Origin: Patescibacteria group bacterium | Lineage (GTDB): Bacteria; Patescibacteriota; Minisyncoccia; Phycocordibacterales; Phycocordibacteraceae | Assembly: GCA_013815345.1 (NCBI GenBank) | Contig: JACDGK010000002.1 | Location: 35,399-99,398 of the forward strand | DNA length: 64,000 bases | Reading direction: 5' to 3' | Shown: in pieces, positions 37,510-47,215 of the stretch | How the letters are laid out: each line of letters starts with the position of its first letter | Position numbering within the stretch: position 1 is the stretch's first letter | The notes under the pieces: generated by a model | The model's database searches: none | Told to the model about the DNA's origin: nothing | Seen by the model: the letters and a program-made list of their open reading frames with translations, nothing else | Program-made: the position numbers and the translations under genes

Positions 37510-38466
37510 CTATGCAACCCCTACTGCCCGTCTGACTCGTTCCATTTTTTTCTCACTCACTTCACGCGCTTTTTGTTTACCGTCTTCGAGTGCTCGCACT
37601 ACTGCACCTGGATCATTTTTAAGTGCCTCATATTTTTCTCGTAGCGGGGCGATGAATGTATCCAAGTCTTCAATAAGTGCTTCTTTTAGAGCCTTATATT
37701 TTCCTCGATGTTCTTCATAGAACGACGCTAGTTCCGACTCGCTCTTTAGAAGCTTATGGATCGCGTATACGTTTTGAGGTCGCTCTCCGGACGAATCAGT
37801 GACGATACCCATCACCTTTTCTGTGATGACGTCGCGGGAAGCGAAAAGAGGAATAGTGTTGCCATAGCTCTTGCTCATTTTTTGACCATCCGTGCCAGGT
37901 ACAATAGCAACCTCGGGCATGATGTGCGGTTCAGGAAGCATAAAAGTCTCTCCAAAAGTACGATTAAATTTTTCAGCAGTATCGCGAGCGTATTCAATGT
38001 GTTGCTTTTGATCCTGACCAACCGGCACAATAGTTGTGTCATATAAAAGGATGTCTGCAGCCATCAGCATTGGATAGTTAAACGTTCCCACGCTTACCTC
38101 TTGGTTCTTAGTCTCTCCGTCTTTGAACGCATGTGCTCTGCTGAGATACGGCATGGTGGTGATCGTGTCGAATATCCACGTAAGCTCCGTGTGCGCCGGA
38201 ACGTCTGATTGTTTGAAAAGAACTACTTGAGTAGGGTCGAGTCCCACGGCGATATAGGCCATCGTAAGTTCTTGAGTAAGACGATGCATCTCGGCAGCGT
38301 CTTGAATGAAATTCAATGCATGGTAATCCGCAACCATGATATAGCACTGATAGTTTCCAGATTTAAACAAGTCAACCTGTTGACGCATCGCGCCAAAATA
38401 GTTTCCGATGTGAAGTTCACCCGTTGGCTTAATGCCAGAAAGAAGTACTGGCTTCACGGTGCTCAT
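37510..38466 (-). CDS. trpS: Tryptophan--tRNA ligase
   Basis: SGIKPTG.LHIGNY, YPMLMAADIL, VPVGQDQKQH, KMSKS. Confidence 0.96.
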   Translation of the reverse strand: MSTVKPVLLSGIKPTGELHIGNYFGAMRQQVDLFKSGNYQCYIMVADYHALNFIQDAAEMHRLTQELTMAYIAVGLDPTQVVLFKQSDVPAHTELTWIFDTITTMPYLSRAHAFKDGETKNQEVSVGTFNYPMLMAADILLYDTTIVPVGQDQKQHIEYARDTAEKFNRTFGETFMLPEPHIMPEVAIVPGTDGQKMSKSYGNTIPLFASRDVITEKVMGIVTDSSGERPQNVYAIHKLLKSESELASFYEEHRGKYKALKEALIEDLDTFIAPLREKYEALKNDPGAVVRALEDGKQKAREVSEKKMERVRRAVGVA

Positions 38467-38962
38467 GCAGTGTAGTCGGATATTCTTTCCATATCTTAAG
38501 AATATCATGCGTTTTGAGGCTTGTGCAGCTGTCTATTCTGCTCCTAATTTGGCAGCATCACTATGTCGCGTTTAACTTCGAAGTGTAAACGGCATGGATC
38601 ATGGGGAACTCTTGAAGCTCCTAGACAATGCGCTCACGAAGCCAATACATTGACAAATAGTCGTTGTCTTGTAATATGATGAAGTACCGTCCCTCATGGC
38701 TATACAATAGCGAAACTGGGACGCAGCACTATAACAAGGACAAGTGGGATGTTCATTCCAGAAGACGACGATTCTCAATTCTGAGAGGATAAGTGCCCAA
38801 TACAAAGCACCAACTGCGGTCGAGTTAATGCACTCGCCGCAGTTTTTATATCTCAGTAAGCTCCATAAATCAGGATGTTCAAACCTAGTTACGCACTAAA
38901 AAAAGCTAGCAATAACAACGGCTTTTCGTTCTTACGTTTTAAAAACTATCGAAAAATGCACA

Positions 38963-39048
38963 TGGTGCGCCGGGAAGGATTCGAACCTTCGTAGGCCGAA
39001 GCCGACAGGTTTACAGCCTGTTGTAATTGACCACTCTACCACCGACGC
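38963..39048 (-). tRNA. tRNA-Tyr(GTA)
   Basis: GCGTCGG acceptor, anticodon arm ACAGG-CTGTAAA-CCTGT, long variable arm, GTTCGAATC, encoded CCA. Confidence 0.97.
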
Positions 39049-39075
39049 AATACTGGAACTATAGCGGGATTAGTC

Positions 39076-40326
39076 TTATTTTTCAATCGTAAGAAGTGCT
39101 ACCTGCTTGCCCCGTCGAAGGAGGACGAGATTGTCTGAAAAATGAGCAGAAATAAGCATGGTCTCCGGACTTTCAATAGTTTCGCCATTCAGAGAAACTC
39201 CCTTACTTTCGATAAGTCTTCGTGCATCTGATTTTGAGGTGGATAGGTTGCTGGCGATTAACGCATCAATAATAGAAAATCCTTGCTGCAGCTGACTGGA
39301 AGAAAGAGTAATCGAAGGGGCTTCTTTAACAAGCATCAGGCGTTCGCTGCTCGAGAGTTCAGAAAGCGACTTCCCACTAAAAAGTGCATCGGATACGGCG
39401 GCGGCGTTCGCCGCCGCCTCTTTCCCGTGCACGCTTTCGGTCACGAGCTGCGCAAGCATTCTCTGAGCGCCTCGCCTGCCGGGGTTACGGCTATGCAGCT
39501 CTACGAGCGCATTAATCTCCGCAAGGGGCATGAAAGTATAAAACTTTAAGAATTTGTCTACGCTTTCATCCGGTTGATTCAACCAAAACTGATAAAACGC
39601 AAACGGCGAAGTCTTCTGAGGGTCAAGCCATATCGCATTCCCTTCTGATTTGCCAAACTTCTTTCCATTTGCATCTGTGATGAGCGGACAGGTAAAAGCG
39701 AACGCTTCCCTTCCTGCTTTCTTTCTAATAAGTTCTACGCCTGAAAGAATGTTGGTCCATTGATCTGAACCGCCGATCTGCAGATCGCAGCCGTATTTCT
39801 CATTTAGCACAAGATAGTCGTATCCCTGGAGAAGCGCATAGGCAAACTCTGTGTAGGAAATGCTCTCATCTGGAGTTTCGAGACGACGAGCAATAATGTC
39901 ACGTTTGATAAGTTCATTGATGGTGAAATGCTTGCCGATATCCCGAAGAAAATCCACCAGTTTTACTTTGAGAAGCCAGTCGGCATTATCGACAAGGGTC
40001 ACTCGACTGCCGATAATATTCTGCATCTGTGCACGGATCGCTTTCTTGTTCTTTTCAATGATCTTTATATCTTGTAATTGACGCTCACCCTTTTCGCGAG
40101 GGTCGCCGATCATGCCGGTTCCCCCACCAGCCAAAAGGATGATTTTATGACCAGCGTCTGCAAGCCGTTTCATAAGAAGAACCACTACCAGATTTCCTGC
40201 TTGCATGGAATCAGCAGAAGGGTCCACACCGAGATATACCGTTCTCTTTTTGGAGAATATTATTTCGGGGTCAGCGGAGTGGTGCTCTATGAGTCCTCGC
40301 TCTTTTAATTCCTGTACAAAATCCAT
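39076..40326 (-). CDS. tyrS: Tyrosine--tRNA ligase
   Basis: YLGVDPSA, LLQGYD, QIGGSDQWTNI, KFGKS, C-terminal S4-like domain. Confidence 0.96.
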   Translation of the reverse strand: MDFVQELKERGLIEHHSADPEIIFSKKRTVYLGVDPSADSMQAGNLVVVLLMKRLADAGHKIILLAGGGTGMIGDPREKGERQLQDIKIIEKNKKAIRAQMQNIIGSRVTLVDNADWLLKVKLVDFLRDIGKHFTINELIKRDIIARRLETPDESISYTEFAYALLQGYDYLVLNEKYGCDLQIGGSDQWTNILSGVELIRKKAGREAFAFTCPLITDANGKKFGKSEGNAIWLDPQKTSPFAFYQFWLNQPDESVDKFLKFYTFMPLAEINALVELHSRNPGRRGAQRMLAQLVTESVHGKEAAANAAAVSDALFSGKSLSELSSSERLMLVKEAPSITLSSSQLQQGFSIIDALIASNLSTSKSDARRLIESKGVSLNGETIESPETMLISAHFSDNLVLLRRGKQVALLTIEK

Positions 40327-40373
40327 ATAGGAACGAGTATACGACATTATTTCCCTCCAGCAGAACGCCAGTC

Positions 40374-41981
40374 CTACACCGCTGGCTGCATAAGAGGTAT
40401 TTCAGCAATAAAGCTTGAACCCTTTCCGGCGCCTTCTGATTCGGCTCGTATGGTTCCGTGATGCGCTTCTACGGTGCTTTTTGCGATATAGAGACCGTAT
40501 CCCGTACTGTGGACGTTTATCTTGGACGATTCCTTTCCTTGACCTCCCTCGGTGAAAAGACGTGCTTTATCTTCAGAAGTAATGCCAATACCTGTATCGG
40601 TGACTGAGAAAATAATTTTATCTACCGTCTTTGTAAGCGAAACGGCAATTGAGCCACTTGGCGTGTAATTTATTGAATTCTCAATAAGATTTTGAAATAC
40701 GTGATCCTCCAGCTTTTCTTTATCGCCAACGAGCATAAAAGATTCAGTGCTCTCTGCAGACGGAAAGTGTAGAGCAAGTCCTTTGGCTTCTGCTGAAGGC
40801 TTCAACTTTTCCACGATTTCGCTCACCACCACCCTACAGTCAAATGGCGCCATCTGGAAGCTCACGAGTCCTTTCTTGAGATTTGATGCTTGAAGAAGAT
40901 CCATAACCATACGGGAATCTTTGCGGCTTTGGGGGAGAAGTTGGGTCACGAGCTGTTTTGCAGGTTCAGGAAGTACGCCATAGTCTCCATCCACAAATCC
41001 AGAAAAGGCACCCATATACCGTGCCAAGAAGCCTTTGACTTCGTGGCTGATGAAGTGGATAAGACCTTCTTGTCGTTCATTTGTCTGCTCAAGCTCCTCG
41101 GCGAGTTTTTCAATTTTTTCGCGTTGTTCGACTTCTCGTACCATGGTACGGAGTAGCCAGACACCGGAAAGAAGAACCAATGCCAATTCGCCAACACGGT
41201 ACAGAATGAGAAGCAGGTTGTTCGAAAACAAAATGTCAAAAAATGTTGCGGTAGCAAGAAAGAAGGTTAAAAGTCCAAAAACAGCAACTTGAATATTAAA
41301 TAGACGATAATGCAGTATTGAGTACGCTGTTCCGACAATAAAAGGCAGTAGGAATAATCCACCAAGAGATACCAGTGTTGGAATATTTAAAAAGGCAGGG
41401 AAAATAAAATCAAAGGTTATTAAAAAAACAAAAGTCAATATAACTCCTGCAAGTACTGGCTCCATCCTCTTTCTATCAAGACCCATTGATTTGAAAAAAG
41501 TCCTTACTAATTTCCAAAGACCAATACTCACATATATAATTACCGTTATACCAAAAAGCGCGATCCCTGGTCCAGTCTTTGTTTCAACCGTTGGTAGTAC
41601 CTGCGTTATAGATTGGTATATGAAAGGCGTGAGGGTCAATAAAGAGATACCGCTTGTCCAGACGAGGAGAATAATGAATAGAAGATGCGGCATAACAGCC
41701 TTTCTGCTGGGAAATTGATACGCAAGCAAGAGGAATGAAAACGCATGCCATATGGCGAAGAAGAGCACGATTCGTATAAACCAAATGATAGAGAAGCCGG
41801 TACCCGCTCGTATGCTTGCAAAATTAGCTACACTCCAACAAATACTCGCAATAGTAAAGAAAAGATATGCGCGGGCCGTTGCGCTTTTCGGTTCAGAGAA
41901 ATATATAGAGCAGCCGAGCGTTCCTGCACCCGCGACTGCAATGCCTACCCACAACAAATCTAAATTTAATATCGATTCCAT
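40374..41981 (-). CDS. Sensor histidine kinase with an N-terminal multi-TM (HisKA_7TM-like) domain
   Basis: About 8-9 TMs; H-box FISHEVK; N-box NLIENSINYT; DTGIG; GYGLYI. Confidence 0.92.
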   Translation of the reverse strand: MESILNLDLLWVGIAVAGAGTLGCSIYFSEPKSATARAYLFFTIASICWSVANFASIRAGTGFSIIWFIRIVLFFAIWHAFSFLLLAYQFPSRKAVMPHLLFIILLVWTSGISLLTLTPFIYQSITQVLPTVETKTGPGIALFGITVIIYVSIGLWKLVRTFFKSMGLDRKRMEPVLAGVILTFVFLITFDFIFPAFLNIPTLVSLGGLFLLPFIVGTAYSILHYRLFNIQVAVFGLLTFFLATATFFDILFSNNLLLILYRVGELALVLLSGVWLLRTMVREVEQREKIEKLAEELEQTNERQEGLIHFISHEVKGFLARYMGAFSGFVDGDYGVLPEPAKQLVTQLLPQSRKDSRMVMDLLQASNLKKGLVSFQMAPFDCRVVVSEIVEKLKPSAEAKGLALHFPSAESTESFMLVGDKEKLEDHVFQNLIENSINYTPSGSIAVSLTKTVDKIIFSVTDTGIGITSEDKARLFTEGGQGKESSKINVHSTGYGLYIAKSTVEAHHGTIRAESEGAGKGSSFIAEIPLMQPAV

Positions 41982-41982
41982 T

Positions 41983-43050
41983 TTAAGGTGAAATTTTTAC
42001 CAAATGATCCGAAAAAGCAAACTGATAGCGTCCTGAGGGCAACGGTCGTTTAAGAATAATGGCTTTTGCGGCATAGCAAAGTATGGCACCTCGCAAAAAC
42101 GAAGATTCAGCAAGTTGTGGAATGCCCACGAGAGTCTTTCCAAAAGCTTCGAACGATTCTAGGAGTCTCGTGTCAAGATATTCCACTCCCATAAAATCAC
42201 GAGCCAAAGCAACTTTTTCATGAGGAAGCAGGTGCATGCTGCTGGGCGACGCAATCGTTTCATACACGTGTGGCTTCATAAGATTGTTAAGAATAGGAAG
42301 TTCTGCATCTTCATCAAAACGCTCTACATCAAGCAACACACCTTCTGCATTGCCGGTAACCATGATTACAGGAATGCGATTCGATCGAGCTTCTTTCCGC
42401 AGAGCAATCTTAAGAGGCAGCGCATCCATTTCCTCCACTATGAGATCGACTTTTGGGTTTTGCAAAAAAAGTGAAAGGTTGTCGGGAGTCAGTCCCGCTT
42501 CATACAACTCTAGTTTGTAGTAAGGATCAATCTCGAGGATTTGTCGCGCGGTAAGAGTCGATTTATTAATGCCAAGGTCACACAAACCAGCCCTAAAACG
42601 ATTGAGGTTGGTGAGCGAGAGCGGATCAAAATCAGCGAGCTTCATGTCGGTCGAGCCTCCCTCCAGCGCTATGCACACCGCACCGGGATTTCCCACATTT
42701 AATCCAGCAAACGCAATGTTCGCTTTTCCGAACTGTTCCTGCTCACTCGTGGTAAGCAATTCACGATTACGATTGGTGCGCAATTCACGATATGCTTCAG
42801 GTCCTACTATCCGTACGATAGTGTTTCGCCAGGGATACTCGACAAAGAACTCCCCAGGCTTGTCGACAAGCTCTGTGGGAGTTTTTCCCACAGATCGCGG
42901 ATCGCGAATTTGTGCTAGTTCTGAAAGTTGTTCGTCATAGGTATCAATAACGCGAGCTCCTTCTTTTTTTTGGAAATTTGCGATTTCAATACTGTCCTCT
43001 GGATCGTGTGGATTCAAGAGACGAATGAGCTGCGATACAGGTTGTGGCAT
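41983..43050 (-). CDS. ThiF/E1-like adenylating enzyme, Rv1355c/OxzB-like N-terminal half
   Basis: YPWR...LRTNRNRELLT..EQ, AGLNVG, LADFDPLSLTNLNR, G.NKS, VEEMD, PQLA. Confidence 0.88.
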   Translation of the reverse strand: MPQPVSQLIRLLNPHDPEDSIEIANFQKKEGARVIDTYDEQLSELAQIRDPRSVGKTPTELVDKPGEFFVEYPWRNTIVRIVGPEAYRELRTNRNRELLTTSEQEQFGKANIAFAGLNVGNPGAVCIALEGGSTDMKLADFDPLSLTNLNRFRAGLCDLGINKSTLTARQILEIDPYYKLELYEAGLTPDNLSLFLQNPKVDLIVEEMDALPLKIALRKEARSNRIPVIMVTGNAEGVLLDVERFDEDAELPILNNLMKPHVYETIASPSSMHLLPHEKVALARDFMGVEYLDTRLLESFEAFGKTLVGIPQLAESSFLRGAILCYAAKAIILKRPLPSGRYQFAFSDHLVKISP

Positions 43051-43077
43051 AGGATCATTCTACGACATCGGATCGAA

Positions 43078-44118
43078 TTACGAGCGGCGAAGTTTGTCTT
43101 TAAGAGGGATACGGGGAGTCATCCAGTCAACTTCCCCATCAATTTTTCCTGCCGCAAAGAGAAATTGGAGCGGCGACTGAAGAGTAAAAGCCACAGTTGC
43201 CGCCGCGCGTGTATCTTCATATTCTACTGAGGCGACAAAAACTGAGTAGTCAAAACCTTGAGCACACAGGGTAAGGGCCGCATGCGATGCCTGAAAACCC
43301 ACTCCCAGCCAGCCAATAAAGGACTCTTCTGCCCCAAACCCAACGACTGCTTTTGAGCTGGCTATAGCGCCAAAATTAAGTTTTGAAAGCACTGGGCCCA
43401 TATTAAGGAAGCGGATCATCGTAGGTAGGATCCATGATAAGATCACTGGCTGATTTAACGAGTACCCCGGTAAACCGGTCCTCTTGCGAGAACCGGTTGG
43501 AGTAATCCAATAAGACATTTCATTCCTAAACATTGGTAAGGCATAGACGCGCAATATATTTTTTGCCGTCTGCTCAGCGACAATTTTAATTTTTTCTTTC
43601 TCGATGAGTGTGGCTACTTCAGGAGGTCGTAAATCATGAGGGGTCAACGAGGAAGGTTGTCGGAGTTGGATAAGTAAGTCTTCAGGAATCTCCACGTTTG
43701 GATTAAAAAGACCCCGTCGGTTTCGACGCGTAAAAATGGCTCGGATCAAAGATTCATAGGTTTCATCAATAGTGCCGGTCGATAGTTCAAATGTTATATC
43801 AGCAATATGATCGCCCGTTGCATCGATAGTAAAATGCGTCGACATTCCAAAAAACGCCGTGATGCTTGAAATGTGGTGGAGAAGAAATCCGATGCTTACA
43901 TATGAATATCGTCCGACAGAATCTGAGTAGGGCAACAAAATGGAGGTATCTCTATACACAGAGAGTCTTTCTTTGTGTATCTTAAAAAGCCACGGTTGAC
44001 TGTTATGAGTGGAGGGCGCTCTCGTTGCTGCATTCAAAACATACGTCATTTGTTCCTCAAGTACACCAGAAAAGGGAAAGTTGTCTTTAAAGGCCGCGAG
44101 CGTGATGGGGACAGACAT
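43078..44118 (-). CDS. Nitroreductase-superfamily flavoprotein (Acg/TyzC-like)
   Basis: AATRAPSTHNSQPWLF, IFTRRNRRG. Confidence 0.82.
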   Translation of the reverse strand: MSVPITLAAFKDNFPFSGVLEEQMTYVLNAATRAPSTHNSQPWLFKIHKERLSVYRDTSILLPYSDSVGRYSYVSIGFLLHHISSITAFFGMSTHFTIDATGDHIADITFELSTGTIDETYESLIRAIFTRRNRRGLFNPNVEIPEDLLIQLRQPSSLTPHDLRPPEVATLIEKEKIKIVAEQTAKNILRVYALPMFRNEMSYWITPTGSRKRTGLPGYSLNQPVILSWILPTMIRFLNMGPVLSKLNFGAIASSKAVVGFGAEESFIGWLGVGFQASHAALTLCAQGFDYSVFVASVEYEDTRAAATVAFTLQSPLQFLFAAGKIDGEVDWMTPRIPLKDKLRRS

Positions 44119-44140
44119 GCCTCAAATCCTACCATGCACG

Positions 44141-45694
44141 CTACGCTGCGGGACGAATGACCCACGGTTGTTTTATTCCGGGCTTAAAGTACAGAGGGTC
44201 TTCATACTGCCAAAATACGAGACGGGGCTCGGCTCGCTTTCCCATAAAATCTGAGAGTTCATGGAATTCTGAGTTTTTCTCGCGAAGATTTTTAAGAATT
44301 TCGCTTTGGAGTTCTGAGACGAAAATCTTTCCCGCCTCCTTTTGAGGTTTTAATTCAATATTGATTTCAAGATATTGATCCTCGTTATGGTCATATTTCG
44401 TGGTTAAAGTGAGCTTTCCGGTGAGCGTAGTATGGAATCGTCTATCAAGTAAGACTTCTTTGATTGTTTCAGGATAAATCTGCAAGCCATAGAGCGTCGT
44501 TGCTAGATCAATGCGTTCATAGACATACACAAAGGGTAGTTCAAGCACTTGCTTTGAAATACCAGCAGTTCGGGCTTCTTTCATAATGTCGATCTTGTGG
44601 GTCTTACAGCGATCTACCATCTCTCTGAATGTGTACACGCCTCCATGATCCCCTATCGAGTAACGAGCAAGCGGTATAGAGCTATCACCGGTCACGAGTA
44701 TCTCCCCATTAGGTGCCTCAAATGAAACAGAATCGGGAATGTATTGAGCAAGCGTCGGTGTTTTTGTGGTTCCTCTGAAAAGATCCGTAAAAAGTTTCTC
44801 GTTATTCGTGGCGAGACGACGAATAAGAATGGAGAGCGGGGTCTCAAAAGCCATAGTGCCAATATCAGCGCTTCCATAAATGTTAATGGCATCCGTAAGA
44901 ATGTTTTTTATCCCCACCTTTTCAGCAACGTGATCGCGAAACCGTTCAGTAAAAGCTTCTGCAGCAAAAAGAAGCATCACCCGGTGCTTTTCGAATGAAA
45001 TGCCTTCCTCGATCGCCTCATCAATAACGTCCTTGAGAAAAGGCGGATACCCGGCCAAAATTATCTGATCATACTGCGGCGCAAGATCGCGCAAGGTCTT
45101 TAAGATTTCGCTCTTATTGATACCCGGTGTAAGTATGGAAATCGGGTATCCTCGACGACTCATGAGTTCAAATGCCTGATAGGTGATAAGTCCTCCTATC
45201 CATACTCCCATGCCAAAACACACGATAACCAGAGTCGAGGAATTTAGTTTAAGCGAACTTGTTCGATAAATAAGTTCATGTATCAATGAAGAGCGTTCAT
45301 CAACCTCATGTGATCGTGCAAAGTAGGTTGGCTTTCCTGTGGATCCTGAAGTGGAAGTAAGAATGTGGGGCGAAAGTAGAGAACCGCGCCAAAAAAGTTC
45401 ATTAAAATCTGACGGATGAAGATAATTTTTCTTCGAAATTGAAGGGACGGTGGAGAAGTCTTCGAGTGTACTAATATTCTTTCGTTTTATTCCCTGAGAC
45501 CGAAGGAATTTCTTGTAGGCCGGAACCTTTTCAGCCATACGTTCAAAAAGTCGAACGACGTGCTCTTGATTGATACGGGTCCATTCTGCACTGGTATGGC
45601 TTCGAAGGCGCTTAAAGAAAGCGCCTGCGCTCGGTGTTTCTATAGCGTTTGAGAATTTCTTCCGTATCGTCATTGTTACCGTCTTACTGTCCAT
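44141..45694 (-). CDS. Phenylacetate-CoA ligase-like adenylate-forming enzyme (PaaK/F390/IaaL group)
   Basis: VPAYKKFL, TSGSTGKPT, YGSAD, RYSIGD, IYPE. Confidence 0.88.
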   Translation of the reverse strand: MDSKTVTMTIRKKFSNAIETPSAGAFFKRLRSHTSAEWTRINQEHVVRLFERMAEKVPAYKKFLRSQGIKRKNISTLEDFSTVPSISKKNYLHPSDFNELFWRGSLLSPHILTSTSGSTGKPTYFARSHEVDERSSLIHELIYRTSSLKLNSSTLVIVCFGMGVWIGGLITYQAFELMSRRGYPISILTPGINKSEILKTLRDLAPQYDQIILAGYPPFLKDVIDEAIEEGISFEKHRVMLLFAAEAFTERFRDHVAEKVGIKNILTDAINIYGSADIGTMAFETPLSILIRRLATNNEKLFTDLFRGTTKTPTLAQYIPDSVSFEAPNGEILVTGDSSIPLARYSIGDHGGVYTFREMVDRCKTHKIDIMKEARTAGISKQVLELPFVYVYERIDLATTLYGLQIYPETIKEVLLDRRFHTTLTGKLTLTTKYDHNEDQYLEINIELKPQKEAGKIFVSELQSEILKNLREKNSEFHELSDFMGKRAEPRLVFWQYEDPLYFKPGIKQPWVIRPAA

Positions 45695-45718
45695 GGAATT
45701 TATTATAACACACGTAAT

Positions 45719-46741
45719 CTATTTTGGAAATAGGGTGGAGAATATATCCAAAACGAAGGGCATATCCTTCGGAGAAGGAACTCCCATGCGGAGAGTTGAA
45801 TGTAATAATTCCTTTGCTTCTGTAAATTTACTCATAGACTCTCCTATTGCTACTCTAACACCCTTCGCTCGTAATTCGTCCGCCAGAGTGTGCGCATTGG
45901 GTACTCGGATAAGAATGAAATTTGTTTCAGAGCTATATATCCTAATGCCGGAAAGACGCGAAAGCGCACTGCTAAAGTAATCCCGTTCTTGTATAACCAT
46001 TTGACGACGTACGCGAATTGATTCTGTTCGCCGCATTCCCTCCTCCGCTGCAAACATACTCATATGCGCAATGGGCCAAGGCAACATACGCTGCTCCATT
46101 TTTCTGATTATTTCGGGCGCGGCGATACAGTAGCCAACTCGAGCACCCGAAAGACCAAAACCTTTTGAGAGGGTGCGAATGATCACGAGATGAGGTGTTT
46201 GAAGTAAGAAAGGCAAAAGCGTCTTACCAGAAAATTCAAAATACGCTTCATCAGATACCAGCAGTACGTCACTTTCTTGAGCAGTGGTAACTATTCTTTC
46301 TATCGTCTCTTCAGGAATACTACAACCCAGAGGATTATTAGGTTGGCATAAAAAAAGCGCTTTTGCGGTGTCTCGCCGGAGGGCAGTAAGGGTATCAGCA
46401 AGAGGGAACACAAATGCGCCGTCGGTTTCGGTGTAATATACGGGATGTGTTACTCCTCCTACTCGATCCAGTATGGATTCGTATCCATAAAAGGTTGGTA
46501 CCGGAAGTACGGCTTCCCTTCCGTGGTTCACATAGAGCTCCGCAAGTGTTTGAATGGCAGCATCTGAGCCGGGAGTAAGGCAGAGTTGTTCGGGGATAAC
46601 CCCGCTATATTCGGCAATTTGTTTTTTGAGTTCATTGTAATTGGGATACGTTGAAAATTCGTTCTGTGTGTAGGTTTGGAATGCTTTACGAAGCTCCTCA
46701 TCCAGTAGCCAGTAACTCTCATTTTTATCCAACGGAATCAT
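45719..46741 (-). CDS. PLP-dependent class I/II aminotransferase (HisC-like)
   Basis: LDKNE, PGSDAAI, PNNPLG, DEAYFEF, RTLSKGFGLSGARVGY. Confidence 0.9.
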   Translation of the reverse strand: MIPLDKNESYWLLDEELRKAFQTYTQNEFSTYPNYNELKKQIAEYSGVIPEQLCLTPGSDAAIQTLAELYVNHGREAVLPVPTFYGYESILDRVGGVTHPVYYTETDGAFVFPLADTLTALRRDTAKALFLCQPNNPLGCSIPEETIERIVTTAQESDVLLVSDEAYFEFSGKTLLPFLLQTPHLVIIRTLSKGFGLSGARVGYCIAAPEIIRKMEQRMLPWPIAHMSMFAAEEGMRRTESIRVRRQMVIQERDYFSSALSRLSGIRIYSSETNFILIRVPNAHTLADELRAKGVRVAIGESMSKFTEAKELLHSTLRMGVPSPKDMPFVLDIFSTLFPK

Positions 46742-46802
46742 AAAAAGTAAGTATATCGCGGAACGTGGTTCTGAATTTTAAAATTCAGTCTTAAATTGTA
46801 AC

Positions 46803-47180
46803 TTATCGTTCGAGCAAGAAGAGAACAATGAGAGGCGCGATGAACCACCAGAAGAAGAACGTTGTGGGATCGAAAATAGTGTTAACGATTGGGGGAAATG
46901 CATAGATGCGGGTGATGGCGAAGCTGTGGTATCCGAGTGCGAGGAGAAAACCAATAAGGAGTACTACTTGCAGGATCATCGCAGGAAGACGGGAACGTCC
47001 AGAGCGCGTCACGACACGCTTTACGATGAAATAGGAAACAATCACGAATACTGCGTAGATCACGATCGACAGTATTGTCCGCATCAAAGGCGTACCACCG
47101 ATGGAGAGAACATTTTCGGAATAGGGAAAGATGCTATACACCGCGTAGCCGAGATACAACGAAATGGTAAAAGCATTCAT
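46803..47180 (-). CDS. Hypothetical four-TM membrane protein
   Basis: Hydrophobic 125-aa ORF ending FFFWWFIAPLIVLFLL; may be N-terminally truncated. Confidence 0.7.
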   Translation of the reverse strand: MNAFTISLYLGYAVYSIFPYSENVLSIGGTPLMRTILSIVIYAVFVIVSYFIVKRVVTRSGRSRLPAMILQVVLLIGFLLALGYHSFAITRIYAFPPIVNTIFDPTTFFFWWFIAPLIVLFLLER

Positions 47181-47215
47181 CTCTTTAGCATAAACCTAAT
47201 GAAGACTTTGTAATA

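Noticed and set aside
41983-44118. RiPP (azole or microcin C-like) cluster or ThiF-based anti-phage system
   Set aside because: No precursor peptide, YcaO, E2/JAB or nucleotidyltransferase gene is adjacent; motifs fit the Rv1355c type better.
44141-45694. Phenylacetate catabolism (paaK)
   Set aside because: No paaABCDE, paaG or paaZ nearby; only family-level similarity is supported.
45719-46741. Histidine biosynthesis (hisC)
   Set aside because: No other his genes are in the window and the context is a ligase/ThiF cluster, so no gene symbol was assigned.
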